A stretch of DNA of 64,000 nt. Origin: Promethearchaeia archaeon (GTDB taxonomy: Archaea; Asgardarchaeota; Lokiarchaeia; Sigyniarchaeales; SOKP01). The position numbers and the translations under genes were made by a program. Positions 1 to 9,839 of this stretch are shown in pieces; the first letter of the stretch is position 1; each line of letters starts with the position of its first letter. The DNA lies in the NCBI GenBank assembly GCA_029856155.1, contig JAHQWL010000088.1, positions 1-64,000 of the forward strand, given 5' to 3'. The notes under the pieces are model-generated. The model made no database searches. It worked only from the letters and a program-made list of their open reading frames with translations, and was not told where the DNA came from.

Positions 1-512
1 ATCCAACTTGCTATTATTGATCCAACCAAGTTTGCAAAATATACGAGTCCAAAAACACTTCCATATATTACGATGAACTGCACAATTGTTAAATCTGTAA
101 GCGGATTTACCATACCAACGATTATAGGTGCTAAAATTAATATCATCATTGAATATAACGGCGCCTTACCTAAAAATTCTCCAAGAAAGATATCGTTAGG
201 TTTAACTGGAGTCGCTAAAATAATCTCTTTCTCAAGAACTTCAGATTTTCTAAACAAAACAAAGAGTGGATACATCATTGCTATCAAAAATAATGAAATA
301 AAGGTAAATTCAATTAATTGAAAAATAAGTACTTCAAATTGATAAGAATACTCTTTAACAACTTCAGGAATAATTGCATCCAAGAAAAACGGTCCAATAA
401 AAAGTCCCCAGTATAATGAGATTGAAAAAACTAAAATAAAGAATACTCGCCTATAATTTCTAAATCGACTTGTCTTGATGCGAATTTCATTTTTTGCTAT
501 TGTTTTCCACAT
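1..512 (-). CDS. Membrane protein, ABC-2/permease-like (runs off the window start)
   Basis: Not in the ORF track. Manual translation from ATG at 512 gives MWKTIAKNEIRIKTSRFRNYRRVFFILVFSISLYWGLFIGP...EKEIILATPVKPNDIFLGEFLGK. It has several TM segments and the 'LxTPV...IFLG' motif of ABC exporter permeases. Confidence 0.65.
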   Translation of the reverse strand, partial: MWKTIAKNEIRIKTSRFRNYRRVFFILVFSISLYWGLFIGPFFLDAIIPEVVKEYSYQFEVLIFQLIEFTFISLFLIAMMYPLFVLFRKSEVLEKEIILATPVKPNDIFLGEFLGKAPLYSMMILILAPIIVGMVNPLTDLTIVQFIVIYGSVFGLVYFANLVGSIIASW

Positions 513-800
513 ATTCAATAAATGTTTACTCTTTAAATTTGTAAAATACTCTAAATTTACAGAAATAAATATAATGAATTGTTTTTCTAAAATAAAAGTT
601 TTTTAGATTCCTATGAATGTTTAGATTTTGAAAATATTAATTATTGAAAGTAAAAATTTAATTTAACATAAGAAAATCATCTGTTAAATTTAAAAAAATC
701 AGAAAAAGGTCAATTTTTTGTTAATAAATATATATTAAATTTTATAAGATAATTCTATTCAGAAGTAAAGAATCAGATTTTCAATTTTAATTTGAATAAA

Positions 801-814
801 TTAGGTATACCTAA
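801..814. promoter_or_regulatory. Perfect palindrome TTAGGTATACCTAA, DtxR/MntR/SirR-type operator candidate
   Basis: 14-bp perfect inverted repeat directly before a TATA-like TTTTTAAATAT (816-826), upstream of the MgtE-family genes. It resembles TTAGG..CCTAA boxes of DtxR-family metal repressors. Confidence 0.6.
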
Positions 815-953
815 ATTTTTAAATATAATAGATTCTAATTAAAATATAAGAAGAAGACTATTAATAAATTTTTAATGAAATTCACAATAAACTAGTATAA
901 AAAATGCTCGAAAAAGATAAATTAAACTCAACCGAATCTGATGAGGATGGCAT

Positions 954-1508
954 ATGGAGTCTCAAGATTCTAAAGGCAAAATTGTCAAAGAAACCTTCCC
1001 ATCAGAAATTGTCTCGATCGTTGGCGATATCCTAGCTGGAATCATTCTATCCCTCTTAATTATACGTTTTGCGAGTTTTCTTGTTTTAATATTAATGATT
1101 CCCGCCCTTTTGTCTCTAAGAGGCAATTTAAGTGGCCCTTTTATAGCTAGAGTTTCTCGAGATTTAGTTATTGGAGCATTATCTAAGAGATCATGGCTCG
1201 AAAATGCTCTTGCTACGTATACTCTCTCACTTATCACTGCATTTTTTATTGGTATTTTCTCGATGATCTTAAATTTAGCCTTTTTCAAATTAACTATTCT
1301 CCCAATGGGGTATTTTATTCTTATTCCAATAATTACAATTCTTTTAACACTTTCTATTTCAATTCCTTGTTCTACTGGGTTAAATTATTTAGCTTTCAAA
1401 AAAGGATTAAATCCAAATAATGTAGTAAATCCTGTGATGACCGCCGTTGATGATTTTTCTACTGTTTTTTGCTTTCTTTTAACTATAATAATGCTGGGGG
1501 TGCCTTAA
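954..1508 (+). CDS. MgtE/SLC41-family divalent cation transporter membrane subunit 1
   Basis: Five TM segments, 'IPALLSLRGNL' and 'GLNPNNVVNPVMTAVDD' MgtE integral-membrane motifs. Confidence 0.85.
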   Translation: MESQDSKGKIVKETFPSEIVSIVGDILAGIILSLLIIRFASFLVLILMIPALLSLRGNLSGPFIARVSRDLVIGALSKRSWLENALATYTLSLITAFFIGIFSMILNLAFFKLTILPMGYFILIPIITILLTLSISIPCSTGLNYLAFKKGLNPNNVVNPVMTAVDDFSTVFCFLLTIIMLGVP

Positions 1509-2060
1509 ATGAAATATTATATGAAAATTTTCAAAGAATCAATAATTATTGTAATTTTATCTTCACTATTGGGAATCATTTCAGGTTCAGTTTTATCTTC
1601 AAACGAAGAGATATTATCTGCTATTCCTATATTGCTCCTAATAATCCCTGCATTAAATTCACTAATTGGCGACATGTCTACGGTTCTTGTGTCAAGATTA
1701 ACGACACATCTCTATATTGGAACATTAGCGCCTAAAGTTCAGATATCAGATCGATTAAAAGAAGATTTTTATGGATTACTCATAACTACGGTGTTAAGCT
1801 TAATTTCTCTGTTATTTTTAGGCTATTTAGTAGGAATAATCTCAGGAATCAGAATTGTAAATCCACTATTAATGATTTTTGTTATATCAATTACGATTTT
1901 ATTGATTTTTTTTATTATGTTTATAGCGTTATTTCTTGGGGCTATATTTCTATTTAAGCGAGGGAGAGACCCTAATAATTTTTTAATTCCATTTGTTACA
2001 TCTCTAGCTGATTTTCTTACGCCCCTATTCTTAATTGTATTTATAATAATATTTATATAA
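1509..2060 (+). CDS. MgtE/SLC41-family divalent cation transporter membrane subunit 2
   Basis: 'IPALNSLIGD' and 'GRDPNNFLIPFVTSLAD' motifs. Start codon abuts the previous stop. Confidence 0.85.
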   Translation: MKYYMKIFKESIIIVILSSLLGIISGSVLSSNEEILSAIPILLLIIPALNSLIGDMSTVLVSRLTTHLYIGTLAPKVQISDRLKEDFYGLLITTVLSLISLLFLGYLVGIISGIRIVNPLLMIFVISITILLIFFIMFIALFLGAIFLFKRGRDPNNFLIPFVTSLADFLTPLFLIVFIIIFI

Positions 2061-2097
2061 AAACAAATTTATATGAAAAATGAGTGAATAAAACAAT

Positions 2098-3348
2098 ATG
2101 ACTAAACCTAGTAAAAAATTTAAGTACAAACCACTCTCTGTAAAGGATATCATTAGAGAAATGAAACAAAATATCGATTTAATGATAGATTTGGCTTATA
2201 GTGCAATTAAATTTGGAAGTAGAGAACTAGCAGATGAAACCTATAAAATGGAACAAAGAATTCATGAACTTACATTCTTACTTAATTTCCAAATTATTCA
2301 AGCACCTCCAGGAGGACTGGATGGAGCCAAGAGTTTAGAACCAATCGTTGTTATGGGATATTCTATTGATAAAATTTCTGATGCTTTATCAGATATTGCC
2401 AGAGTAGTATATATCAATAATGATATCTCGTATTTTGCTCAATTATTTAGAGATATTAGCTACGTGCCCGAACCTATTGTCAAAATAATTGTTAATAAAG
2501 GGTGTGAATTTATCGGACAAGTGAGGAAAGAAATACACTTCAGATCTAAACATGGAGTTGATTTAATCGCAATTCGTAGAGAAGGAAAATGGCTTTTTGA
2601 GAGAGATGAAACGATATTAATAGGTGATATTTTAATTGTTAAGGGAGAAATTCAATCTATAATAGACTTAAAAAAACTATGTTATGATCAAGAACCTTTT
2701 TCATTTAAAATTGGAGAAGGGGAGAAAGAACAAATCCTCGACCTTGGTAATCCAGATATTTGTGAGAAAGTTGAAGAAATCCAAAGAAATTATATTTTAA
2801 TAACTGATATTTCAGAAACTATGATAGAATTGGCACTAGCAGCGCTCTTCTTCAGTAATGAGGAAGTTTCGGAAGACGTTTTAGAAATGGAGGAATTAAT
2901 GGATGGTTTAAATTTAGCTCTTGAAAAAGATCTTCTTGATTTAGCAAAATTGGTTGAATCACCACGAGATCTTACTGGAATAATGAGAATTGTATTTAGT
3001 TGTGAATTAATAGCTGATGCTGCTGCCCATATTGCAGAAAATATTCTTAAAGGATTTGAGCCACATGGAATTTTACAGCAAGCTATTCGAGAAACTTCAG
3101 AAATTGTAGTAAGAGAAACATTATCTGAAGATTCATACTTTAAAGGCAAAACATATAATGAATTACAAGATAAACGCTATAAGCGAGGTTTTCATATTAT
3201 AGCTTTGAAAAGAGAAGATAAATGGGTATATAGCTTTAAACCAGAGTTCATTTTCGAAGAGGGAGATCTCCTTATAGGATTAGGGCCATTAGAAACAGTT
3301 ATGCAATGGAAAAAGTGTGTGAATCCAGAAAAATATAAAGAAGAATAA
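2098..3348 (+). CDS. PhoU-like + TrkA-C (RCK-C) protein, internally duplicated (COG3273-like)
   Basis: Two repeats: 'LMIDLAYSA...DKISDA...IAIRREGKW...GDILIVKG' and 'TMIELALAA...ELIADAA...IIALKREDKW...GDLLIGLG'. Confidence 0.85.
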   Translation: MTKPSKKFKYKPLSVKDIIREMKQNIDLMIDLAYSAIKFGSRELADETYKMEQRIHELTFLLNFQIIQAPPGGLDGAKSLEPIVVMGYSIDKISDALSDIARVVYINNDISYFAQLFRDISYVPEPIVKIIVNKGCEFIGQVRKEIHFRSKHGVDLIAIRREGKWLFERDETILIGDILIVKGEIQSIIDLKKLCYDQEPFSFKIGEGEKEQILDLGNPDICEKVEEIQRNYILITDISETMIELALAALFFSNEEVSEDVLEMEELMDGLNLALEKDLLDLAKLVESPRDLTGIMRIVFSCELIADAAAHIAENILKGFEPHGILQQAIRETSEIVVRETLSEDSYFKGKTYNELQDKRYKRGFHIIALKREDKWVYSFKPEFIFEEGDLLIGLGPLETVMQWKKCVNPEKYKEE

Positions 3349-3364
3349 AAAAAATATCATTATT

Positions 3365-3952
3365 ATGACTTCTGAAAATAATCAAGAAAGATTTTATAAT
3401 ACAATGATAGAATTAGCAAGTCAAATAAGAATTAATGCTGAAACCATTAAAAGTCATGATGTTTTAAATACAATTGATTTAATTTTACAAATTTATAATA
3501 ATAAGAACAGAATTTTTGTATATGGTGCTGGACGATCAGGATTTATTGGAAGATGTTTTGCTCAAAGATTAATGCATTTAGGTATAAAATCATGTTTTGT
3601 ATCGGATGCAGTTACTCATCAATATACAAGTAAAGATCTATTGATTATAGTAAGTGGAAGTGGAGAGACTACTTCCACAGTCGCAATCTCGAAAAAAGCA
3701 AAAAAAATTGGAGGAAAAATAATCTCTCTCAGTAATAATTCTAAAAGTACAATAGGTAAACTATCTGATTATATTATTGAAATAAAAGGAAAAAGTAAAG
3801 ATGTCGCTTTAACTCATAAATCTCTTGCACCTTATACTAGTTTATTTGATATTTCAGCTTTAGCGGTTTTAGATTCGATAGGAGGTATATTGATGGTAAA
3901 ATTGAACATCACAGAAGAAGATATTGACAAAAGGCATGCATCAATAGAATAA
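3365..3952 (+). CDS. hxlB: 6-phospho-3-hexuloisomerase (SIS domain)
   Basis: RIFVYGAGRSG, FAQRLMHLG, SGSGET, C-terminal RHASIE. Confidence 0.85.
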   Translation: MTSENNQERFYNTMIELASQIRINAETIKSHDVLNTIDLILQIYNNKNRIFVYGAGRSGFIGRCFAQRLMHLGIKSCFVSDAVTHQYTSKDLLIIVSGSGETTSTVAISKKAKKIGGKIISLSNNSKSTIGKLSDYIIEIKGKSKDVALTHKSLAPYTSLFDISALAVLDSIGGILMVKLNITEEDIDKRHASIE

Positions 3953-3956
3953 ACTG

Positions 3957-4382
3957 CTATTTAATATTCAATATTTTTAATAATTTATTAAAAGCAATGA
4001 TATTATATTTCCATTTTAATATATTCTTTACTTCATTTTGTGAACACCATAAAAATTCTTCATGTTCATAACTTAACTGTATTTCTTTTTCTTTGTTAAT
4101 TTCAACTGCAAAACAAAAGTCTTTCATTTTTTTTAATTCCTTATTCTTATTGGTTTTGTAAGTAAAATTATAATTTAGATCAATTATTCTTTTTATTTCT
4201 TTTATTCCAGTTTCTTCATAAACTTCTCGTTTTATGGTATCATTATAATCTTCCCCTTTTTCAATGCCTCCAGATAAATGTTGCCAAAATCCTCCTCGCT
4301 CTACAGTTCTTTTTAATATTAAGACTTTAAATTGTGGATTTTTTGTAAATATAAATACTTGGACATTACTTCTATCTATCAT
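3957..4382 (-). CDS. NUDIX hydrolase (NudB/dATP pyrophosphohydrolase-like)
   Basis: Nudix box GGIEKGE...REVYEETGI, plus FWQ and LSYEH motifs. Confidence 0.85.
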   Translation of the reverse strand: MIDRSNVQVFIFTKNPQFKVLILKRTVERGGFWQHLSGGIEKGEDYNDTIKREVYEETGIKEIKRIIDLNYNFTYKTNKNKELKKMKDFCFAVEINKEKEIQLSYEHEEFLWCSQNEVKNILKWKYNIIAFNKLLKILNIK

Positions 4383-4440
4383 AAATATTGAATTTTACTA
4401 GCTTTTAATTTATATAAATATTATATTTGGTAGTTATTTA

Positions 4441-4845
4441 GTGATATTTATGCATGAATATATTGAAGTAAAACACATTTCTGAAAAAAAAGGTAGAGGG
4501 GCTTTTGCTAAAAAGTCAATTAAGAAAGATAGCATTATTGATGTTGCTTACGTAGTTCCTATTCCTAATAAAGACTATAAGAAAATTTATAAGACAATCT
4601 TGTATAATTATTGTTATATTTGGGAAGACCCAGAGCATATGCCCGCATTTAGAAATGCCATAACTCTCAGTGTAAGTCAATTTATCAATCATTCTTATGA
4701 CCCCAATGTAAAATATCTTTATGATTATGAAAATAAAGCAATGGAATTTATTGCTATCAAAGATATTTCAGTTGGGGAAGAGCTTGTTACAAATTATAAT
4801 GCGAGGATAGATGATAAAAGTCCTATGTGGTTTGAGGTAGAATAA
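4441..4845 (+). CDS. SET-domain protein-lysine methyltransferase (start probably ATG 4450)
   Basis: KGRGAFA, FINHSYDPNV and GEELVTNY SET motifs. Confidence 0.9.
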   Translation: MIFMHEYIEVKHISEKKGRGAFAKKSIKKDSIIDVAYVVPIPNKDYKKIYKTILYNYCYIWEDPEHMPAFRNAITLSVSQFINHSYDPNVKYLYDYENKAMEFIAIKDISVGEELVTNYNARIDDKSPMWFEVE

Positions 4846-4927
4846 TTTAATTTTTTCTTAATTATTTTCTTAATAAACTTCCTTTTTTGTTACATTTCGC
4901 ATTATTTAATATTGAAGTTATATTTTA

Positions 4928-5341
4928 TTGTTAATGGTGATATCTATGAATGATCTTGCCAAAGTGAAATTCATATCTTTAAATAAAGGAAAAGGTCTTA
5001 TTGCTAAAAAAGATATTAGAAAAGGAAAGATTATTGATGTTGCGCACGTTATTTTAATTTCTAATAAAGATTATAAACAAATTAATAAAACTCTTATCTC
5101 CAATTATTGTTTCGAATGGAAAAATCCAAAATATAAATCAGAAAATAAAATAGCTCTCGCTATGACTATTTGTCAGTTTATGAATCACTCTTATAGTCCA
5201 AATGTTATATATGAGTACAATTATAAAAATGATACAATTAAATTTAAAACAATAAAGAATATTTCTGCTGGGGAAGAGCTTGTTATGAACTATAATGCAA
5301 GACCTTCCGATAAATCTCTCGTATGGTTTGATGTAGAATAA
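4928..5341 (+). CDS. SET-domain protein-lysine methyltransferase, tandem paralog
   Basis: KGKGLIA, FMNHSYSPNV, GEELVMNY. Colinear with the 4441 ORF. Confidence 0.9.
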   Translation: MLMVISMNDLAKVKFISLNKGKGLIAKKDIRKGKIIDVAHVILISNKDYKQINKTLISNYCFEWKNPKYKSENKIALAMTICQFMNHSYSPNVIYEYNYKNDTIKFKTIKNISAGEELVMNYNARPSDKSLVWFDVE

Positions 5342-5342
5342 T

Positions 5343-6206
5343 TTAATTCTTCCTTAAAGATTTAAGTATTTTTAAATTCATAACATCTTCTTTTAAATTA
5401 TCACTTTTTGGGGTTTCCAATATTCCTGGCATATCTTTAAATCTTTCATCATTAATTAAGAAACTAAATGGTTCTTTTCCTATTTTCCCCTGCCCAATAT
5501 GATTATGTCTATCAACTCTGGAGCCACATCCTTTATCGGTATCATTTAAATGAAAAGCAAACAAATATTTTAAACCAATAACATCATCGAATTCATTCCA
5601 CATCTCTTCATATCTTTTTTTTGTTCTAAAATCATATCCTGATGCGAAAGAATGGGCTGTATCAAAACATACACCTATTCTATTTTTATTTTGGATTTTA
5701 TCTATAATATATTTCATATGTTTAAATTCATATCCAAGATCATTGCCTTGTCCGGCTGTAGTTTCTAATAAAATTATGACCTTAGAATCTTTTGTGTCCT
5801 CAATTAAATTATTTAATTGTTTTGCAATACGAGTTAAAGCATATATCTCATCTTCATCTTCATTTTTATTTCCGGGGTGAATATTTGCATAATCGAGTTT
5901 CAACTGATCTGCTTTTATTAATTCATCCAACATCGCTGAATAAGATTTTTCCAGCTTTTCTTGCTCTGTGCCAGCTAGGTTGATTAAATAACTATTATGT
6001 GTTAGTATCGGCCAAATATTATCTAATTCTTTTCTCTTTCCTAAAAATTTATTAATCTCTTCTTGTTCTAAAGGTTTGGATACCCACCCACGTACATTTC
6101 GAATAAAAACTTGAATTGATTCACAACTTAATTCATTTCCTACATCTAAAGCCTTATATTTACCTCCAGAAACACTCATATGTGCCCCAATTCTCAATAA
6201 AAACAC
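5343..6206 (-). CDS. nfo: Endonuclease IV (AP endonuclease)
   Basis: IGAHMS, HNSYLINL, HPG, LLETTAGQG, CFDTAH, HLND, DRH, ETP metal-binding motifs. Confidence 0.95.
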   Translation of the reverse strand: MFLLRIGAHMSVSGGKYKALDVGNELSCESIQVFIRNVRGWVSKPLEQEEINKFLGKRKELDNIWPILTHNSYLINLAGTEQEKLEKSYSAMLDELIKADQLKLDYANIHPGNKNEDEDEIYALTRIAKQLNNLIEDTKDSKVIILLETTAGQGNDLGYEFKHMKYIIDKIQNKNRIGVCFDTAHSFASGYDFRTKKRYEEMWNEFDDVIGLKYLFAFHLNDTDKGCGSRVDRHNHIGQGKIGKEPFSFLINDERFKDMPGILETPKSDNLKEDVMNLKILKSLRKN

Positions 6207-6404
6207 CTAACCAATAATTGTATTTTGATAGATATCTATTATATACTATAATTTCTTTTTTATTGATTAATTTTATCCAATAAATCCAATTTTAACTAAA
6301 TTAAAAAACTACATATTTTCAGATTCTATAAATCTTAAGAAATATAATTGCTTTAGATAACCTCCCAATATAATATAAGAATAATTTTAAATACTTAATA
6401 GAAA

Positions 6405-6689
6405 ATGGACTACTTTTCTTTTATAAAGTTTAAATCTTTAGATATCTATAATATTTTTCTCATTCAAAGAGGTGTGGAGATTTTGGAAATTGAACAACAA
6501 TTAATAAAACGTGCAATAAAATTTTTAGGGCTTATATTTATGATGTGTGGTGGTATTATAATTATTTTTAATATAATCTTCCTACCTGGTAGAACTATAC
6601 TCCTCCCGGATTTTTTACCAGATTTTATTTTTTGGATATTAATTTTTTCAGTTGGATATGCATTAGATATGGTTTCAAGAGCCCTATAG
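6405..6689 (+). CDS. Small two-TM hypothetical membrane protein (start probably TTG about 6483 after GAGGTG)
   Basis: Two hydrophobic segments and an SD-like GAGGTG. Confidence 0.5.
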   Translation: MDYFSFIKFKSLDIYNIFLIQRGVEILEIEQQLIKRAIKFLGLIFMMCGGIIIIFNIIFLPGRTILLPDFLPDFIFWILIFSVGYALDMVSRAL

Positions 6690-6745
6690 AAAAAAATAAT
6701 TTTTTTTTTTCAATTTATTTTTTGTATAAAATTTAAGAAAAGAAA

Positions 6746-8476
6746 CTAAAATTTATGCTCATCTAATTTTTTCCAAAAATTTTTTAATTCTACTTTTTCA
6801 AAAGTATATTTTAAACCTAATGGTTCTGAAGGTTCATTTCTGAAAAATTCTGGAACATCATTCATCTCTTGAGTAATTCCTGCTTTCTCATTAAATGCAA
6901 GCTCAGTTCTTATGATATCAATACCAATATTAATTACATCTTCTCTTGTTAAGTTTAAATCATACATAGCATTAATTGCATTCGCTAAAATTTCCATGTT
7001 TTCATAACTTGGGCCGATAAAATAACAGCAACCCATAGAATCCATTATTGCTGTATAAATTTGAAGTTCGAAAGATAAATCAAGTTTATTTTCATTTTTC
7101 GTTAATTCTCCATAGTCTTTATGCTGACTTGGCACTCGATTGGCGATTGCTGCTCCAGCTGTATGATCTGCCCCCATAGGTGAAGTTGCATAAGTTACCC
7201 CCATACCTTTGAAGACTCTGCTATCATAAGCCGAAATTCCTTGTCCTTTTACTTGGGGAATTCGCTTAGCACTAAGTCTCTCTCCAATATTTTTAACACC
7301 ATTCCCATATAATTGCCCTTCTTCTGTATTATTTCGAATATCAGTATCTAAGATTTCGAAAGTTTTTTCAGCATTTCCCCACTCTATTTTTCCACAATCC
7401 ATAGCTACACCCATAGTTCCACCAAACTCAATTGTATCAAGACCTACATCATCACAAAGATGATCAATTTTAGCTAAACTATCTAAATCATCAATCATCA
7501 AGTTACTGCCATTTAGAGCCATTGTTTCATATTCTAGACTTGATGTAATGTGATTCCCCGATTCATCAACGACTAAATTTGAACATTTTATTACACAGGT
7601 TGGAGAACAAGCTAATCTCTTTTTACCCCCTCTCGCACTAACAAGCTCATGAAGTTTTTCTCCTGAAATATTATCAATTTTATCATAAGAACCCATCCTA
7701 AAATTTTTAGTTGGTATGCCTCCATATCCACTCATCGCAGCCATCATCATAGATGTACCGAAAATTGAGAATCTTTCTTTAGTTTGCGCCAATTCTTTCG
7801 CGAAAGGACTTGAAACTTCTCTAAATTTTTTAATATCATGAATTTTTAATTTCGATGTTTTTGGCGGTATAATTATTATCGCCTTAATTTTTTTCGAACC
7901 CATTACAGCACCTAAGCCACCTCGAGCAGCATGTCTACTGGGGTATCCTTCTAAATCATTTGCCCCTACAGTTGATGATTTCATCAAATATTCACCTGCA
8001 GGACCAATGGAATAAATTCCAATATTATCTCCATATTTTTCCATTAATTTAGTATGGAGTTCATAATTCCCATAACCAGTATATTGTTCTGCTGGTAAAA
8101 TATTAATACTATCTTCATCAATTAAGATAAGTTTTAATGTTGAGGATATATTTTCTAACACTATGGCTCTAATACCATGCCTAGCTAGCATCATAGCAGG
8201 TCTTCCACCTACATTAGCTTCTTTTATCCCATTAGTCAAAGGACTTTTTGCCCCTACTGACGTACGAGCAGAGCAAGGAAATGGGCTGCCACCAAGAAGG
8301 CCATTGGCTATAATTAATTTATTTTCCCTTCCTAAAGGATTGCATAATGGAGGGACTTCATCATGAATAATTTGAGAACTTAGTCCTCTAGCACCACGCT
8401 GGAAATATTTCGAATCCGGAGTTATTTCTTCAAATCGAATATCTTCATTCTCTACATTTATTCTTACGATTTTCAT
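6746..8476 (-). CDS. aor: Tungsten-dependent aldehyde:ferredoxin oxidoreductase family
   Basis: KSPLTNGIKEANVGG, IGPAGE, AARGGLGAVMGSKKIKAI, CSPTCVIKC, EYET, GLDTI, GADH. Confidence 0.9.
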   Translation of the reverse strand: MKIVRINVENEDIRFEEITPDSKYFQRGARGLSSQIIHDEVPPLCNPLGRENKLIIANGLLGGSPFPCSARTSVGAKSPLTNGIKEANVGGRPAMMLARHGIRAIVLENISSTLKLILIDEDSINILPAEQYTGYGNYELHTKLMEKYGDNIGIYSIGPAGEYLMKSSTVGANDLEGYPSRHAARGGLGAVMGSKKIKAIIIIPPKTSKLKIHDIKKFREVSSPFAKELAQTKERFSIFGTSMMMAAMSGYGGIPTKNFRMGSYDKIDNISGEKLHELVSARGGKKRLACSPTCVIKCSNLVVDESGNHITSSLEYETMALNGSNLMIDDLDSLAKIDHLCDDVGLDTIEFGGTMGVAMDCGKIEWGNAEKTFEILDTDIRNNTEEGQLYGNGVKNIGERLSAKRIPQVKGQGISAYDSRVFKGMGVTYATSPMGADHTAGAAIANRVPSQHKDYGELTKNENKLDLSFELQIYTAIMDSMGCCYFIGPSYENMEILANAINAMYDLNLTREDVINIGIDIIRTELAFNEKAGITQEMNDVPEFFRNEPSEPLGLKYTFEKVELKNFWKKLDEHKF

Positions 8477-8525
8477 AGTTTAATTATAATAGCTGAAATT
8501 ATTTTATTTTTTCTCTTATTTTGAA

Positions 8526-9839
8526 CTAGTTAAAAGGATTTTTTTCCTTTAAGATTTTATCCTGATATTCCTTTAAAGGAGGAGGACACAATCCTTTTTC
8601 TGTGGCATTTTTTTTTAAAGCTTTAATAATTTCGCCTAGATTTAATGAAATTGGGCACCAGTGATAGCAATTTTCACACCCCGTACAAAGAAATAAACCA
8701 TCTTTCACAGCAGCTTCAATTCCGTTGTGAATATAATCTCTTATAATCGCGGTTGAACCAAGACCATATTTTGAAGCATATATATTACCAAATGCTCTAG
8801 AAGCAGTACAAACATAATTGCAGGTTCTACATCCGATGCATTTTAGAAATTCCTTGAATAAGAGGTTTTCCTTCAAGGCTTTTGTACGCCAATCATCAAC
8901 TAATATTACAACAACCTCTTTTGCTCCATACATTCCCGTAACACTTCTTCCTTGTATATCAGAAGTATTTGAAGGGCCAGATATTAAGCTAATATAATTG
9001 AATGATACATTATTAATTCTTGATTGTAATTTTGTAACCAAAACAGCATCTAATAGTGTAGGAACAATTTTTGTTATGCCACAGACAACAATATGTTTTT
9101 CGGTTGCTCTAGTGAGTAAACTTATGTTGCCTTCATTTTCTCCCAAAACAATAGTACCATCTTCAGCAGAAATCGCATTAGCAGAAGTTAAAGAGACTTT
9201 AACCTCATTGAGAAGTTCTTTCCTATATGAATTTCTAAAAAATTCTACAATATTTTTCGCATTGGGTTCAATCTCTACATCATATACTTCTTTTATTTTA
9301 TCTGCAATTTCCTTTTCTGTAAAATGAGCACCAGGGCCAACCTGAAAACTTGGTAACTTATAATCAAAAAGTTGTACAAGAATATCTCCTAAATCTGTTT
9401 CATTAATTTTAATGTTGTTTTTCTCCAATACGTCAATAATACCTATATCCTTTGCTTCTACTGATTTCGATTTATAGATCAATTTACTATCTCCTAATTC
9501 TTCCATGAAAAGATCTTGGGCCTCTTTGTTAGTTTTAGCATAATGTACTTTAAAATTTTGTTTGCGCATAATATCTATACATTTTTCTACATAATATTCC
9601 ATATTTTCAACAAAATTTTCTCTTATCTTGATTAGTTGATCTCTATATTTTTCTACAAATTCTCTACTTGTATCATCATAGAGATATCTCATGTCATGTT
9701 GTCTAGTTTTCACAGTACAAGCTAATTTCCAAAAATCCCCAAATTTTCTTTCTAGACAGTTCTCATCTTGAAGAATATTAATTCTTTGTTTTACCGTCTC
9801 ATATAATTCATTTCCTTTATTACTCACTAATGGGATCAA
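8526..9839 (-). CDS. lutB: LutB/YkgF-like LUD-domain iron-sulfur protein (lactate utilization B)
   Basis: KSKS, ETDLGD, ENEGN, ISGPSNTSDI, CIGCRTC..C and CTGCENC..CP 4Fe-4S motifs. Confidence 0.8.
   Translation of the reverse strand: MIPLVSNKGNELYETVKQRINILQDENCLERKFGDFWKLACTVKTRQHDMRYLYDDTSREFVEKYRDQLIKIRENFVENMEYYVEKCIDIMRKQNFKVHYAKTNKEAQDLFMEELGDSKLIYKSKSVEAKDIGIIDVLEKNNIKINETDLGDILVQLFDYKLPSFQVGPGAHFTEKEIADKIKEVYDVEIEPNAKNIVEFFRNSYRKELLNEVKVSLTSANAISAEDGTIVLGENEGNISLLTRATEKHIVVCGITKIVPTLLDAVLVTKLQSRINNVSFNYISLISGPSNTSDIQGRSVTGMYGAKEVVVILVDDWRTKALKENLLFKEFLKCIGCRTCNYVCTASRAFGNIYASKYGLGSTAIIRDYIHNGIEAAVKDGLFLCTGCENCYHWCPISLNLGEIIKALKKNATEKGLCPPPLKEYQDKILKEKNPFN

Noticed and set aside
73-321. 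82-aa plus-strand ORF
   Set aside because: Antisense shadow of the real minus-strand membrane protein gene (1..512).
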